A DNA stretch of 64,000 nucleotides from a bacterium. GTDB taxonomy: Bacteria; Patescibacteriota; UBA1384; 2-12-FULL-50-11. Every line of letters begins with the position of its first letter. The stretch's first letter is position 1. A program made the position numbers and the translations under genes. Below the pieces are notes generated by a model that was not told the DNA's origin, ran no database searches, and worked only from the letters and a program-made list of their open reading frames with translations. The DNA is taken from NCBI GenBank assembly GCA_021463485.1, contig JAJTYJ010000002.1, forward strand, positions 108,638-172,637, read 5' to 3'. This document shows, one piece after another, positions 49,800-59,886 of this stretch.

Positions 49800-50129
49800 A
49801 TGCAACATAACCGAATTCAGCGCAGACAAGTCTACAAATCAGGAGGAGTTTTTAGTATTGGCCCAACAGCGGCTCGGTATTTTATTTTAACGCTCCTGGC
49901 AGTTTTTTCGTTATTTTACTTAATCCAATCCGCTCAGGGATCAGACGGCTTAATTGAGCTTCGCAAGCTTGAAGACACGAAGGACTCGCTAACAAAAGAA
50001 ATGACGACGTTGAAGGTTAACGATAGTCGTATTCGTTCGTTGCAGAATCTTCAGCAGTCTGCATCATCGCAAGGGTTGGTGCCGATTTCTGGCGCTACTG
50101 AATCAATTACAGTGACACCGACACCGTGA
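49800..50129 (+). CDS. ftsL: Cell division protein FtsL-like (single TM plus coiled-coil)
   Basis: GGAGGGAA lies upstream of the ATG (MQHNRIQ…). One TM helix and a heptad region. The position is between rsmH and ftsI. Confidence 0.5.
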   Translation: MQHNRIQRRQVYKSGGVFSIGPTAARYFILTLLAVFSLFYLIQSAQGSDGLIELRKLEDTKDSLTKEMTTLKVNDSRIRSLQNLQQSASSQGLVPISGATESITVTPTP

Positions 50130-51829
50130 CGCAGATGGGCGATCGGGTTCTGTATATCCGAACAACGCTTCTACTGTTATTAGCGGCGTTTGCAGGTGGA
50201 TATTTTTTATTCAAATTATTCAATTATCAAGTTCTCGACCACGAGCAGTACGTTGAAGCGGCGGAGCTTCAGTCGACCAGTACCGCAACCGAACAAGCTC
50301 AGCGAGGCGTTATTTTAGCTAAGGATAGAGACGGGAAACTCTATACTCTTGCTGCCAGTGAAGAGCGCTACCAATTATTTATTGCACCTCGCCAAGTTAA
50401 GAATAAACAAAAACTAGCCGAGTTAATTGCAGAAGAAAAAATCGGGCTAAAAAAGGAAGAGATTTTTGAAAAAATTAATAACGACAAAGTGTATATTCCC
50501 GCGCTCGCACGCAATCTCACCCCGGCTCAAGCGGACGCATTACTTAAAAAGAACTACGTCGGCGTGTACGTCCGCCCAGAATTCGTTCGAGTGTACCCGG
50601 AAGGATCGGCGATCGCGCCGCAACTTTTGGGATTCGTTGGTTCAGATGGGCAAGGTAAATACGGCGTTGAAGCAACAAACGATCAGGTGTTGCGTGGCGT
50701 CTCCGGATCGGAAAAAGCTAAAAAGGATTCGCTCGGACGACTGATTGATATTTTAGGCGCAAAGCGCGCTGAGCCCGGTGCCGACATTGTGTTAACGATC
50801 GATTACAATTTACAATTTACAGTTGAAGCCAAACTAAAAGAGGCGACCGAACGATTTCAAGCCGAAGGCGGCTCGATCGTTATTCTCGATCCTAAAACCG
50901 GCGCAATTCTGGCAATGGCCGGCTACCCGACGTTTGATCCAAACATCTTCAACGAGGTTACCGGCGAGGCTCAGCGTAATTTCTTACCAGCCGGCGCTAG
51001 CTTGCCGTACGAACCGGGTAGCGTAATGAAACCAATTACTATGGCGATGGCGATCGAGATGGGTCTAGTACAACCAGACACTACGGAAATCTTTGGCGGA
51101 TCGGTAAAAGTCGGTGGGTTTGAGATTCGTAATGCGGAGGATAAGGTATACGGGAGAGAGACGATGACCCAAGTACTGGAAAACTCCGATAACGTTGCGA
51201 TGGTCTGGCTCTCGCAAAAAATCGGCAAAGAAAAACAGCGTGAATTCTTGGAAAAATTTGGTTACGGCGCCAAAACCGGTGTCGAATTAGTGGGCGAACA
51301 GCCAGGAGTGCTTCGTGATGCAAAAGAATGGAACGACACGCTGAGCGCAACTGCTGCGTACGGCCAGGGCGTCTCGGTAACGCCGTTGCAATTGGCTACG
51401 GCGTACGCAGTTATCGCCAATAACGGAGTGACAGTCTCGCCGCATTTAGTAGCGCAAACGATTCGTGGCACAGCTGTAACGCCGTACAGTGCGAAAGCGG
51501 GCACTCGGGTAATTAGCGAGGAAACGGCTAAAAAAATTAGGGAGATGTTAGTCTCGGTAGTTGAGCTTGGGCACGGCAAGAGAGCGAAAGTCGAGGGTAT
51601 TAGAGTTGGAGGTAAGACCGGTACGGCCCAAGTGGCCGACCCACAAGGCGGTTACGCTGAAGATAGACATATCGGTAACTTCGCTGGACTATTCCCGGCG
51701 GACGACCCAAAGTTCGTTATGGTCGTACGTCTCGACAACCCAAAGACTGTAAAGTTCGCCGAATCTTCAGCCGCTCCGATCTTCGGTGAGCTAGCTAACT
51801 GGATGACGAACTACTACAAACTGCGATAA
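50126..51829 (+). CDS. ftsI: Penicillin-binding protein 2x/FtsI-type transpeptidase
   Basis: N-terminal TM, SxxK (GSVMKP), SxN (NSDN) and KTG (KTGTA) motifs in order. Confidence 0.85.
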   Translation: MTQMGDRVLYIRTTLLLLLAAFAGGYFLFKLFNYQVLDHEQYVEAAELQSTSTATEQAQRGVILAKDRDGKLYTLAASEERYQLFIAPRQVKNKQKLAELIAEEKIGLKKEEIFEKINNDKVYIPALARNLTPAQADALLKKNYVGVYVRPEFVRVYPEGSAIAPQLLGFVGSDGQGKYGVEATNDQVLRGVSGSEKAKKDSLGRLIDILGAKRAEPGADIVLTIDYNLQFTVEAKLKEATERFQAEGGSIVILDPKTGAILAMAGYPTFDPNIFNEVTGEAQRNFLPAGASLPYEPGSVMKPITMAMAIEMGLVQPDTTEIFGGSVKVGGFEIRNAEDKVYGRETMTQVLENSDNVAMVWLSQKIGKEKQREFLEKFGYGAKTGVELVGEQPGVLRDAKEWNDTLSATAAYGQGVSVTPLQLATAYAVIANNGVTVSPHLVAQTIRGTAVTPYSAKAGTRVISEETAKKIREMLVSVVELGHGKRAKVEGIRVGGKTGTAQVADPQGGYAEDRHIGNFAGLFPADDPKFVMVVRLDNPKTVKFAESSAAPIFGELANWMTNYYKLR

Positions 51830-51839
51830 CTGATACACT

Positions 51840-52910
51840 ATGCCCATGAAAGCTTGGAGAGACGAATTTCTGTGGCGCTGCGCTCTGCGTCGAGTGAAGA
51901 ATGCGGATACGACCGTTATTGCTATCGGCGGTGGGATCGCTAAGACCTCGACCAAGTATGCTGTCGGAGCGGTGCTGTCGGATTTTTTCAAAGGTAATGT
52001 ATTTGTTGGCTTTGGAAACTTGAATACGTACCTCGGCGTGCCACTTTCGATTCTGGAATTCAAGATAGATTTTCACCACCAATCAATTAGTTGGCAGTGG
52101 CCGATTATTCTTATACAAGCTTGGGTACGCTCATTTGCGCCCCTGCCAAAGTACGTCGTGTTGGAGTACGGTACCGATCAGCCAGGAGATATAAGAAAAC
52201 TTACCAGCAAGCTGCCGCCACAGATTGCGGTTCTAACAACCGTTGCGCCAGCGCATGTGGTTAATTACGGCTCACTCGATGCGGTAGCTGAAGATGAAGG
52301 GGCGCTTGTCGCAGCCGTACCCAAAGACGGAGTGGTATTTTTGAACAAGCGAGATCCGTATTACTCCCAACATAAAAATCGTATCGTTGCTCAAACAGTC
52401 ATCGAAGCTGACTTACCAAATGAGGAGCTTTCTGTTGGTTTCGCTCGATTGGTTGGAGAATATCTCGATATTCCAGGCGAGAAAATCGAGGACTCACTCA
52501 AGCATATGGAATTGCCGCCACAGCGATTTTCTGAGCGACGGATAGGCGATTGGCTAGTATTAGACGATACGTATAACGCGAACCCTGCTTCAATGGAAGC
52601 GGCGCTTAGTCGATTAAAAAAGATGCCGGGTCGTAAAGTGGCGATACTCGGGACGATGCGCGAGCTCGGCGAGGCCGAGAAAATTCTTCACAAGCATATT
52701 GGGGATTTGGCTCAAACTGTTGCAGACGTTGTGATCGGTGTCGGTGAGCACACCGATCAATACCAACCAGTCGTGCGATTTGAAACCAGTGATCAGGCCG
52801 CTAAAGAGATCTTTTCTTATCTGAAAAAAGGAGATAGTATCTTGGTGAAGGGGTCACGATCAATTCATATGGAAAAGATAATCTCAGCTTTGGAACATGT
52901 CTCTGCTTGA
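51840..52910 (+). CDS. murF: UDP-MurNAc-tripeptide--D-Ala-D-Ala ligase MurF, short form lacking the N-terminal domain
   Basis: C-terminal signature LDDTYNANPASMEAAL. The P-loop region reads IAIGGGIAKTSTK, with Ala in place of the canonical Gly before Lys. 356 aa, versus about 450 for canonical MurF. Confidence 0.65.
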   Translation: MPMKAWRDEFLWRCALRRVKNADTTVIAIGGGIAKTSTKYAVGAVLSDFFKGNVFVGFGNLNTYLGVPLSILEFKIDFHHQSISWQWPIILIQAWVRSFAPLPKYVVLEYGTDQPGDIRKLTSKLPPQIAVLTTVAPAHVVNYGSLDAVAEDEGALVAAVPKDGVVFLNKRDPYYSQHKNRIVAQTVIEADLPNEELSVGFARLVGEYLDIPGEKIEDSLKHMELPPQRFSERRIGDWLVLDDTYNANPASMEAALSRLKKMPGRKVAILGTMRELGEAEKILHKHIGDLAQTVADVVIGVGEHTDQYQPVVRFETSDQAAKEIFSYLKKGDSILVKGSRSIHMEKIISALEHVSA

Positions 52911-53919
52911 AGCCTCGCATTTTGCGTTAGCGAAAACTTTCTGGCTGGCAAGTCTATCGTTTTTGGTCGCGTTTCTTTGGACGCCGTTATTTACTGATTT
53001 CTTATACAAAAACCGTTTAGGTAAAAAAATTAGACAAACAGGTTTTGACGAGAAGAAAGCACCAATTTTCTATGCTCTGCATAAGCACAAGGAAAACACT
53101 CCAACGATGGGAGGGCTGTTAATTTGGATAACGACCGCAGTAGTAACATTATTAATGAACTTATCGCGCGCTCAAACTTGGTTACCGCTCTTTGCTCTAG
53201 TCGCCACCGGTATTGTTGGGGCAATTGACGATATTATGAATATTAACGGCATCGGGCCGAATCGCGGCGGGCTGAGGTTTCGTTGGAAGTTGATTATTTA
53301 CGCGTTAATCGCGATGGTTGGTGCTTGGTGGTTTTATTACAAGCTTGGTTGGAACGTGCTGTCTATCCCCGGAATCGGACCGGTCGAGATCGGAGCCTGG
53401 TATATTCCGTTATTTATTCTGGTAATTGTCTTTACAACCTTTAGCGCCAACGAAGCAGACGGTCTGGACGGGCTGCTTGCTGGAATGATGGCGAGCTCGT
53501 TTGCGGCGTTCGGGATGATCGCGCTTATACAAGGTAAAACAGAATTAGCAGCCTTTTGTGGAACGATTCTCGGATCGTTACTGGCGTTTTTGTGGTTCAA
53601 TATTTATCCGGCCCGGTTCTTTATGGGGGATACCGGTGCGATGGCGCTCGGCATGACGCTTGGAATTTTAGCATTTCTTACTGATACAGTTTTGATCTTG
53701 CCGATTATCGCGCTGATGTTGTACGTCGAAGGTTTCTCAGCCGTTATCCAAATCGCTTCCAAGAAGCTGCGAAACGGTAAAAAAGTATTTTTGTCTGCCC
53801 CGATCCATCACCACTATCAGGCAATCGGTTGGGAAGAGCCGAAAATCACAATGCGTTTTTGGGTTGTCTCGGCGGTAGCGGCGATGCTCGGACTGTTTGT
53901 CTATCTTGTGAGCCGCTAG
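52897..53919 (+). CDS. mraY: Phospho-N-acetylmuramoyl-pentapeptide transferase
   Basis: 10-TM profile, DD/DG motifs (ANEADGLDGL) and HHH (APIHHHYQ). Confidence 0.9.
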   Translation: MSLLEASHFALAKTFWLASLSFLVAFLWTPLFTDFLYKNRLGKKIRQTGFDEKKAPIFYALHKHKENTPTMGGLLIWITTAVVTLLMNLSRAQTWLPLFALVATGIVGAIDDIMNINGIGPNRGGLRFRWKLIIYALIAMVGAWWFYYKLGWNVLSIPGIGPVEIGAWYIPLFILVIVFTTFSANEADGLDGLLAGMMASSFAAFGMIALIQGKTELAAFCGTILGSLLAFLWFNIYPARFFMGDTGAMALGMTLGILAFLTDTVLILPIIALMLYVEGFSAVIQIASKKLRNGKKVFLSAPIHHHYQAIGWEEPKITMRFWVVSAVAAMLGLFVYLVSR

Positions 53920-53951
53920 AAAATCTCCAGGTGTTACGGCATACTTAAGGT

Positions 53952-55343
53952 ATGTCGCGGATTGATTGGGAGAAATTTCGCTCGAAAAAAATTGGCTTAC
54001 TCGGTGCCGGTAAAGAGAACCTGAGTCTTATTCCATTTTTTGTGAAACACGGTGTCGATGTGGTGATTTGCGAGCAAAATAGTGAGCCGTCGAATATCGA
54101 GCGACTTGAGCGGATAGACGGGGTCGGATTGCAGATCGGCGAGGATGCATTAAGCGAGCTATCTCAATTTGATTACGTCTTTAGGACGCCAGGTATGCCA
54201 GTAGTTGAGGTCGAGCGCGCGATCAGTTCGTCGCAACCATCTCCAATTAGATCGTCAGCCGTCGATCTGTTTCTAGAATATTACGGAAAGCAGGTAATCG
54301 GCGTCACCGGAACCAAAGGCAAAGGTACGACCTCCACGATGATTTATTCGATACTCAAAGCCGGTTCAAAAAAGGTACAACTGGCGGGTAATATCGGCAA
54401 TTCAATTTTTGAGAGCATCGATCAGATCGACGACGAGACGTGGGTAGTTATGGAATTATCCAGCTTTCAGCTCGAAGATATCTCACACAGTCCGCACATC
54501 GCTGTTTTACTGCCGGTGACGTCTGAACATTTGCAGCCGCTCTCGGCCCGTAGTCCTAACTACCACCGATCGCTAGATGATTATATCGAAGCTAAAAGAC
54601 AGCTAGTGGCATTTCAGGCTACTGACGATGTTGTTGTGTACGCCGCTGATAGTCCGACTTCAACAAAGATGGCGGAGAGCTCAAAAGCCACACAATACGG
54701 CGTTGGAAGGTCGGCCGAATCTGCAGTTCTTACGGGTGATGAACTTGTGTTTCAGGGCCGGAAAATCTCATTAGCTAAAGCCGGAATTAAAGGGGATCAC
54801 TTACTTCTCGATGCGGCACTTGCAGCAGTGACAGCCGTACAGTGCGGTGTTAAGTCGGAAGATGTTATTCCCGGCCTAAAAACCTTCAAGCCGCTGCCGC
54901 ACCGAATGGAAAATATCGGAGTCTTTAACGGTATAACAGTTATCGACGACAGCTACGCAACCGCACCCGACGCGACAATTGCGGCGCTCTCCGCTTTCGA
55001 TCAGCCGACAATCCTACTAGCAGGGGGATCGTCTAAGGGTATGGATTTTACCGAACTCGCTCAAGCGATTATCCGTCGGAAAGTAAAGGCCGTGCTGTTA
55101 ATTGGTCAAGAAGCGCCGCGGATTGAGAAATCGTTGCAAGAAGTAGACTATCCGGGAATCGTCGAGAAATTGGACACCTTGGAGCAAGCAGTTAATCGAG
55201 CTATTGAGATTGCTGCCTCAGGCGACACTATTTTACTTTCGCCGGCCTGTGCGAGTAAGGATATGTTCATTGATGCCGCCGACCGTGGGACGCAATTCAC
55301 CCTATTAACTAGAAGTCTCCTTAAAGATGTCGCAAAGCGGTAA
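53952..55343 (+). CDS. murD: UDP-N-acetylmuramoylalanine--D-glutamate ligase
   Basis: Mur ligase P-loop GVTGTKGKGTTSTMI, in the MurD position of the dcw cluster. Confidence 0.85.
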   Translation: MSRIDWEKFRSKKIGLLGAGKENLSLIPFFVKHGVDVVICEQNSEPSNIERLERIDGVGLQIGEDALSELSQFDYVFRTPGMPVVEVERAISSSQPSPIRSSAVDLFLEYYGKQVIGVTGTKGKGTTSTMIYSILKAGSKKVQLAGNIGNSIFESIDQIDDETWVVMELSSFQLEDISHSPHIAVLLPVTSEHLQPLSARSPNYHRSLDDYIEAKRQLVAFQATDDVVVYAADSPTSTKMAESSKATQYGVGRSAESAVLTGDELVFQGRKISLAKAGIKGDHLLLDAALAAVTAVQCGVKSEDVIPGLKTFKPLPHRMENIGVFNGITVIDDSYATAPDATIAALSAFDQPTILLAGGSSKGMDFTELAQAIIRRKVKAVLLIGQEAPRIEKSLQEVDYPGIVEKLDTLEQAVNRAIEIAASGDTILLSPACASKDMFIDAADRGTQFTLLTRSLLKDVAKR

Positions 55344-56457
55344 CTACAAACTTCGAAAAAAGATTGATCCGATTATTCCGATCATCGGTTTCGGCCTCTC
55401 AGTTCTCGGGTTAGTAATGGTTCTTTCTGCCTCACAGATAACCGCTGCTGACAAATACGCCGATGCGTATCATTTTTTCGTTCGGCAGTTGATCGCATTC
55501 GGAATTGGTCTGGTCGGGTTCTTTTACTTTTTACGATTACCGCTAGAGCGACTTTACGAACGGCGCACCTCTTTTTTATGGGCAACATTAATACTACTCA
55601 TTCTGGTTTTCTTGCCGGGTATCGGCGGCGAAACGGCTGGCGTATACCGATGGGTTGGGTTCGGTGGTTTTTCATTCCAACCGTCTGAAGTTGCTAAGCT
55701 TTTTCTTGTTATTTATTTTTCGGCTTGGTTTGCCTCGAAAGGCGACGCCGTTAGCAGTGTCCAGAAAGGATTCATCCCCTTTCTGCTACTGCTGGCCATG
55801 ATCGCGTTACTAGTTGGAGCGCTCGGCCGAGATCTTGATACGGCTGTAGTATTACTTGTTAGTGCCGTAGTCATTTTCTTTGTCGCCAAAGCCAAAGTCT
55901 GGCAGGTTGGGGCGATTACATTACTGGCGATTGGGGCGGTGCTGCTGCTAATTTTTGCCACACCGTACCGACTAAACCGATTACAGTCGTATCAGGATCA
56001 ACGACAAAATAACGCCGAGTTTGATTCGCAGAATCGAGGCTATCACAGTCAACAAGCCTTGATCGCGGTAGGAAGCGGCGGCTTGTGGGGTGTGGGTTTC
56101 GGCCAAGGAACTAGTAAATATTCGTATTTACCCGAGGCGCACACCGATTCTATTTTCGCAGTTATCGCTGAGGAGCTCGGCTTTATCCGCGCAGCGGCGC
56201 TATTGCTTGCGTACGTGTTGTTGGCTTGGCGAGGTTTAGTAATCGCTCAAAGGGCCAATAGTCGGTTCGTTTGTTACTTGGCGGTAGGTATTTCTACCTT
56301 GATTATTCTTCAGACCCTGATAAATATAGGAGGGATGCTCGCGCTGTTACCGCTCGCCGGAATTCCGCTTCCGTTTGTAAGTTACGGCGGCACTTCGTTA
56401 ATTGTGAGCTTAGCAATGTTGGGTGTTTTAACTAATGCTTCAAGAGAAACAAAATAA
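55327..56457 (+). CDS. ftsW: Peptidoglycan glycosyltransferase FtsW (SEDS family)
   Basis: 10-TM SEDS profile with conserved …GGTS… C-terminal blocks. Confidence 0.85.
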   Translation: MSQSGNYKLRKKIDPIIPIIGFGLSVLGLVMVLSASQITAADKYADAYHFFVRQLIAFGIGLVGFFYFLRLPLERLYERRTSFLWATLILLILVFLPGIGGETAGVYRWVGFGGFSFQPSEVAKLFLVIYFSAWFASKGDAVSSVQKGFIPFLLLLAMIALLVGALGRDLDTAVVLLVSAVVIFFVAKAKVWQVGAITLLAIGAVLLLIFATPYRLNRLQSYQDQRQNNAEFDSQNRGYHSQQALIAVGSGGLWGVGFGQGTSKYSYLPEAHTDSIFAVIAEELGFIRAAALLLAYVLLAWRGLVIAQRANSRFVCYLAVGISTLIILQTLINIGGMLALLPLAGIPLPFVSYGGTSLIVSLAMLGVLTNASRETK

Positions 56458-57547
56458 TAATGTAATAGCGCTGGTCGGTGGTGGCACAGGTGGTCACGTT
56501 TTTCCGCTTGTTGCTGTCGCTGAGGAGTTGGCTCAACAGAAACGAGAGTTTTTATTCATCGGTTCTGCCGAGAGTCTCGAAGAACGGGTAGTTACTAATT
56601 TGGGATGGAAACTAGAAACGATCCAGGCAGGAAAATGGAGACGATACTCAACGCTTAAATCGTTCTTCTTAAATATCGTTGATGCGTTTAAGGTTGTGAT
56701 CGGTTTTTTTCAGTCAATCAAAGTTATTCGGCGTAATAAAGTTGGGACAGTATTTAGTAAGGGCGGTTACGTTGCCCTTCCGGTTGTCTTCGCTGCGAAA
56801 TTACTGGGTTGTCGAATTATTGTTCACGAATCCGACGCAGTTATGGGAATGACGAATCGTTTAAGTGCCGCAGTTGCCGATCGGGTATTGACTGCGTTTG
56901 GGCTCGAGAGTTACCCAAATAGAAATGATCGTTATCGTCAGGTCGGTATTCCAGTTCGTGCCGTTTTACGACGGGCAGCCACGCTAAAGGCGCCGAAAAA
57001 ATCACGGCCACTACTGCTCGTGTTGCCCGGAAGTCAAGGATCCGCGGCTATAAATTCGTTTATTCGAAGCTCTCTACCTAAATTATTAGAAACACTGGAT
57101 GTGGTGCACTTAACTGGAGAGCGCGAGTATCAAGAATTTATAAAGATTAAAGAGTCCCTAAACTCCTCACAACGTTCGCATTATAAGCCGTATAGTTTTA
57201 TCGATAGAGAATTGCCGTTGTATTTCCAGAGCGCCGACTTGGTTATTGCGAGATCTAGTGCCACGACTATCGCTGAGGCGGCATTATTTGCAAAAGCGAT
57301 GTATCTCGTGCCGCTACCAACTGCAGCGGCTAATCACCAGTACGAAAACGCGCTGAGGTTAGACTCGGCTAACGCGGCAATTGTGAGACAAGAGTATCAA
57401 CTCTCGACGGAAGTTTTTGTTCAAGACATACTCAAATTAATTTCAGACCCAGAGAAACTCCAGGAAATCGGCAATCGACTAAAGGAGTACTTCAAAACGC
57501 AAGCAACAATTTCAGAAATTATTAAGGAGATCGATGGCAAAAACTAA
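56435..57547 (+). CDS. murG: UDP-GlcNAc:undecaprenyl-PP-MurNAc-pentapeptide GlcNAc transferase
   Basis: N-terminal GGTGGHVFP motif and a GT-B fold. Confidence 0.85.
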   Translation: MLQEKQNNNVIALVGGGTGGHVFPLVAVAEELAQQKREFLFIGSAESLEERVVTNLGWKLETIQAGKWRRYSTLKSFFLNIVDAFKVVIGFFQSIKVIRRNKVGTVFSKGGYVALPVVFAAKLLGCRIIVHESDAVMGMTNRLSAAVADRVLTAFGLESYPNRNDRYRQVGIPVRAVLRRAATLKAPKKSRPLLLVLPGSQGSAAINSFIRSSLPKLLETLDVVHLTGEREYQEFIKIKESLNSSQRSHYKPYSFIDRELPLYFQSADLVIARSSATTIAEAALFAKAMYLVPLPTAAANHQYENALRLDSANAAIVRQEYQLSTEVFVQDILKLISDPEKLQEIGNRLKEYFKTQATISEIIKEIDGKN

Positions 57548-58943
57548 AGGCGAGCCGAAGTCGTTGTATTTTATCGGTATTAAAGGTGTGGCGATGACTG
57601 GGTTGGCGGTGATCGCAAAGCAATTAGGGTACGAGGTGACTGGCAGTGACGTTGAAGAAGTCTTTATCACGGACTCGCTTTTAGCCGAACACGGTATCAA
57701 ATATTTCTCAGGCTTTGACGCGAGTCATATCGCTCAAACCAAGCCAGAGATGGTGATCGTTAGTGCGGCGTACGGGTTACAGAACCCAGAAGTAAAAGCC
57801 GCCAAATCTGCTCGAATCTCGACGATCCCACAATCTGAAATGCTGGGTAAAATTATTAGCCGCTACGAGGGCGTTGGAGTGGCGGGCGTTCACGGTAAAA
57901 CAACCACTACCTCGATGCTGGCGTTCGTATTAAAAGAAGCCGGATTCTCACCGAGCTACGCGATCGGCACAAGCGATATTCCTGGTCTTGAGGGTAGCTC
58001 GCATCTTGGCGACGGCAGTCATTTCATCGTTGAGGCCGACGAGTATAAAAAGTCGGATACCGAACTCCAGCCAAAATTCTTAGATTATCCTCTCCAGCAC
58101 GTTATTATTACTAGTATTGAGCTGGATCATCCCGATGTGTTTCAAAGCGCCACCCAAGTCTACGACGCCTTCTACAAACTAACTACCAAATTGCCACGCA
58201 ACGGAACGATCGTTGCTTGCGTCGACTGGCCGCTTGTTCGTCGGTTGGTCGGGCGTTTAGTCGACCGGGGGTGTGAAACCTACGGATTTATGCCAGGAGC
58301 TAGCTATCAGGTAATCGATTACTCTGAGACAGATACTCATTCGGAGTTCTGGCTCAAAACCGAAGATCACAAGATCGGGCCGTTTCATTGTAAGATGCCC
58401 GGCAAACATAACGCCCTCAATACAACTGCGGCGTTCGTTATGGCGGTAAAACTTGGCGTCTCAGAAAAAATCGCAATTAAGGCGCTTGGTAAGTTTTCCG
58501 GACCGAAACGTCGGTTTGAATTGCTTGGAACCTTCAACGGCGCTCAGATTTTCGACGATTACGCGCATCACCCAAGCGCGCTCGAGTACTTATTTGAAGC
58601 GACACGAGCACGGTTTCCTGGAAAACGCTTAGTGGCAGTCTTTCAGCCGCATACCTACAGTCGAACCGGAAAGTTACTGCACGAGTTTGCAAAGAGCTTA
58701 CAATCACCCGATAAACTAATTCTCCTGAATATTTGGGCGTCTGCTCGCGAGAAGAGCGGCTACGTTACGATTAAGGATTTAATCGACGCAGTAAAAAAGA
58801 GTAAGCCAGACGTCGAGTACCGCTCCTCACTAGACGAAGCAGCGACGTTCCTGCGAAGCTTGATAACGCCGGACGATGTTGTACTACTAGTTGGAGCTGG
58901 GGATGTCTACAAAATTTACGACAAACTCACTAGCGACAGCTGA
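57534..58943 (+). CDS. murC: UDP-N-acetylmuramate--L-alanine ligase
   Basis: GVAGVHGKTTTTSM P-loop and the DDYAHHP signature. Confidence 0.9.
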   Translation: MAKTKGEPKSLYFIGIKGVAMTGLAVIAKQLGYEVTGSDVEEVFITDSLLAEHGIKYFSGFDASHIAQTKPEMVIVSAAYGLQNPEVKAAKSARISTIPQSEMLGKIISRYEGVGVAGVHGKTTTTSMLAFVLKEAGFSPSYAIGTSDIPGLEGSSHLGDGSHFIVEADEYKKSDTELQPKFLDYPLQHVIITSIELDHPDVFQSATQVYDAFYKLTTKLPRNGTIVACVDWPLVRRLVGRLVDRGCETYGFMPGASYQVIDYSETDTHSEFWLKTEDHKIGPFHCKMPGKHNALNTTAAFVMAVKLGVSEKIAIKALGKFSGPKRRFELLGTFNGAQIFDDYAHHPSALEYLFEATRARFPGKRLVAVFQPHTYSRTGKLLHEFAKSLQSPDKLILLNIWASAREKSGYVTIKDLIDAVKKSKPDVEYRSSLDEAATFLRSLITPDDVVLLVGAGDVYKIYDKLTSDS

Positions 58944-59886
58944 GCATCGACGGCGATTTTCTGAGATCGTCGGTGATCAACATGTGGCAGTGAACCGCTC
59001 GTTAGCAGAACTTTTACCTATCGGATTTGGGGGAGTGGTTGAATACTTCGTGACAGCTACTACGAGTCAGCAACTCGTCGACGTTGCAAGATTGGCGATC
59101 GAACTAAAAATGCCGTACCAGGTGGTTGCCGGCACTACAGCTTGCTTGCCGAGCGACGTCGGGTTCCCAGGGCTGATTATCAACAATCAAGCCGACTCGA
59201 TGTTTTTTGCGGAGGAGTCGCGACAAGTTGTTGTTGATAGCGGTGTTAGTAACTCGACGTTGGTAATGTCGGCGGCGAACCGCTCGTACGGTGGGATCGA
59301 ATTTCTAACAGCAATTCCAGGCTCAATCGGAGGTGCACTAGCAACTAACGCAGCGTACGATGGTAAGACACTTCGCAACCAGTGCCTAAAGGAAGTCGTG
59401 GTGTTTATTCCTGATATTGACGGCGGCAAAACTATGACCGTACCAATTACCGAACTACCCGATACACCGTATCAACGTATTTTTACCTCTGAAGCAGGTT
59501 TCCAGCCGATCATCCTAACCGCTCGGTTACAACTAGCCCAGCTATCTCAATACGAGATAGTTCAACGTCTCAAACAGCTTCGATCGGTAGTTAATGCTAA
59601 TCGCGGGGTGACATTTTCGAATTTTATTTCTGACATTCCTCCATTTGAACCCAGAGACTTGCGCTTACCTAAGCCGCCGGACGGCGTTAGGTATTCGCTG
59701 AAAAACCCAAATACTCTCACAATTCAACGAAAGAAAGATGTTAGCGGCTCGGCGATAAGGAGTTTTATCGAACAAGTTTCTATAGCGTTCAATAACGGAA
59801 CAAGCGCGCTTGATGTTCGGCTAACCTATCTGGGATACTGGCCTGAGGATGATGAGAAACACAGCACCAACGCCGAAAGTCTTTAA
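58891..59886 (+). CDS. Divergent MurB-like (FAD-binding PCMH-type) paralog at the canonical murB position of the dcw cluster
   Basis: PCMH-like N-terminal half. GGALATNAA replaces the canonical GGxxRGNAG block. A GVTFSNF block parallels the MurB catalytic-Ser region. A canonical murB exists separately at 29039-29974. Confidence 0.45.
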   Translation: MELGMSTKFTTNSLATAEHRRRFSEIVGDQHVAVNRSLAELLPIGFGGVVEYFVTATTSQQLVDVARLAIELKMPYQVVAGTTACLPSDVGFPGLIINNQADSMFFAEESRQVVVDSGVSNSTLVMSAANRSYGGIEFLTAIPGSIGGALATNAAYDGKTLRNQCLKEVVVFIPDIDGGKTMTVPITELPDTPYQRIFTSEAGFQPIILTARLQLAQLSQYEIVQRLKQLRSVVNANRGVTFSNFISDIPPFEPRDLRLPKPPDGVRYSLKNPNTLTIQRKKDVSGSAIRSFIEQVSIAFNNGTSALDVRLTYLGYWPEDDEKHSTNAESL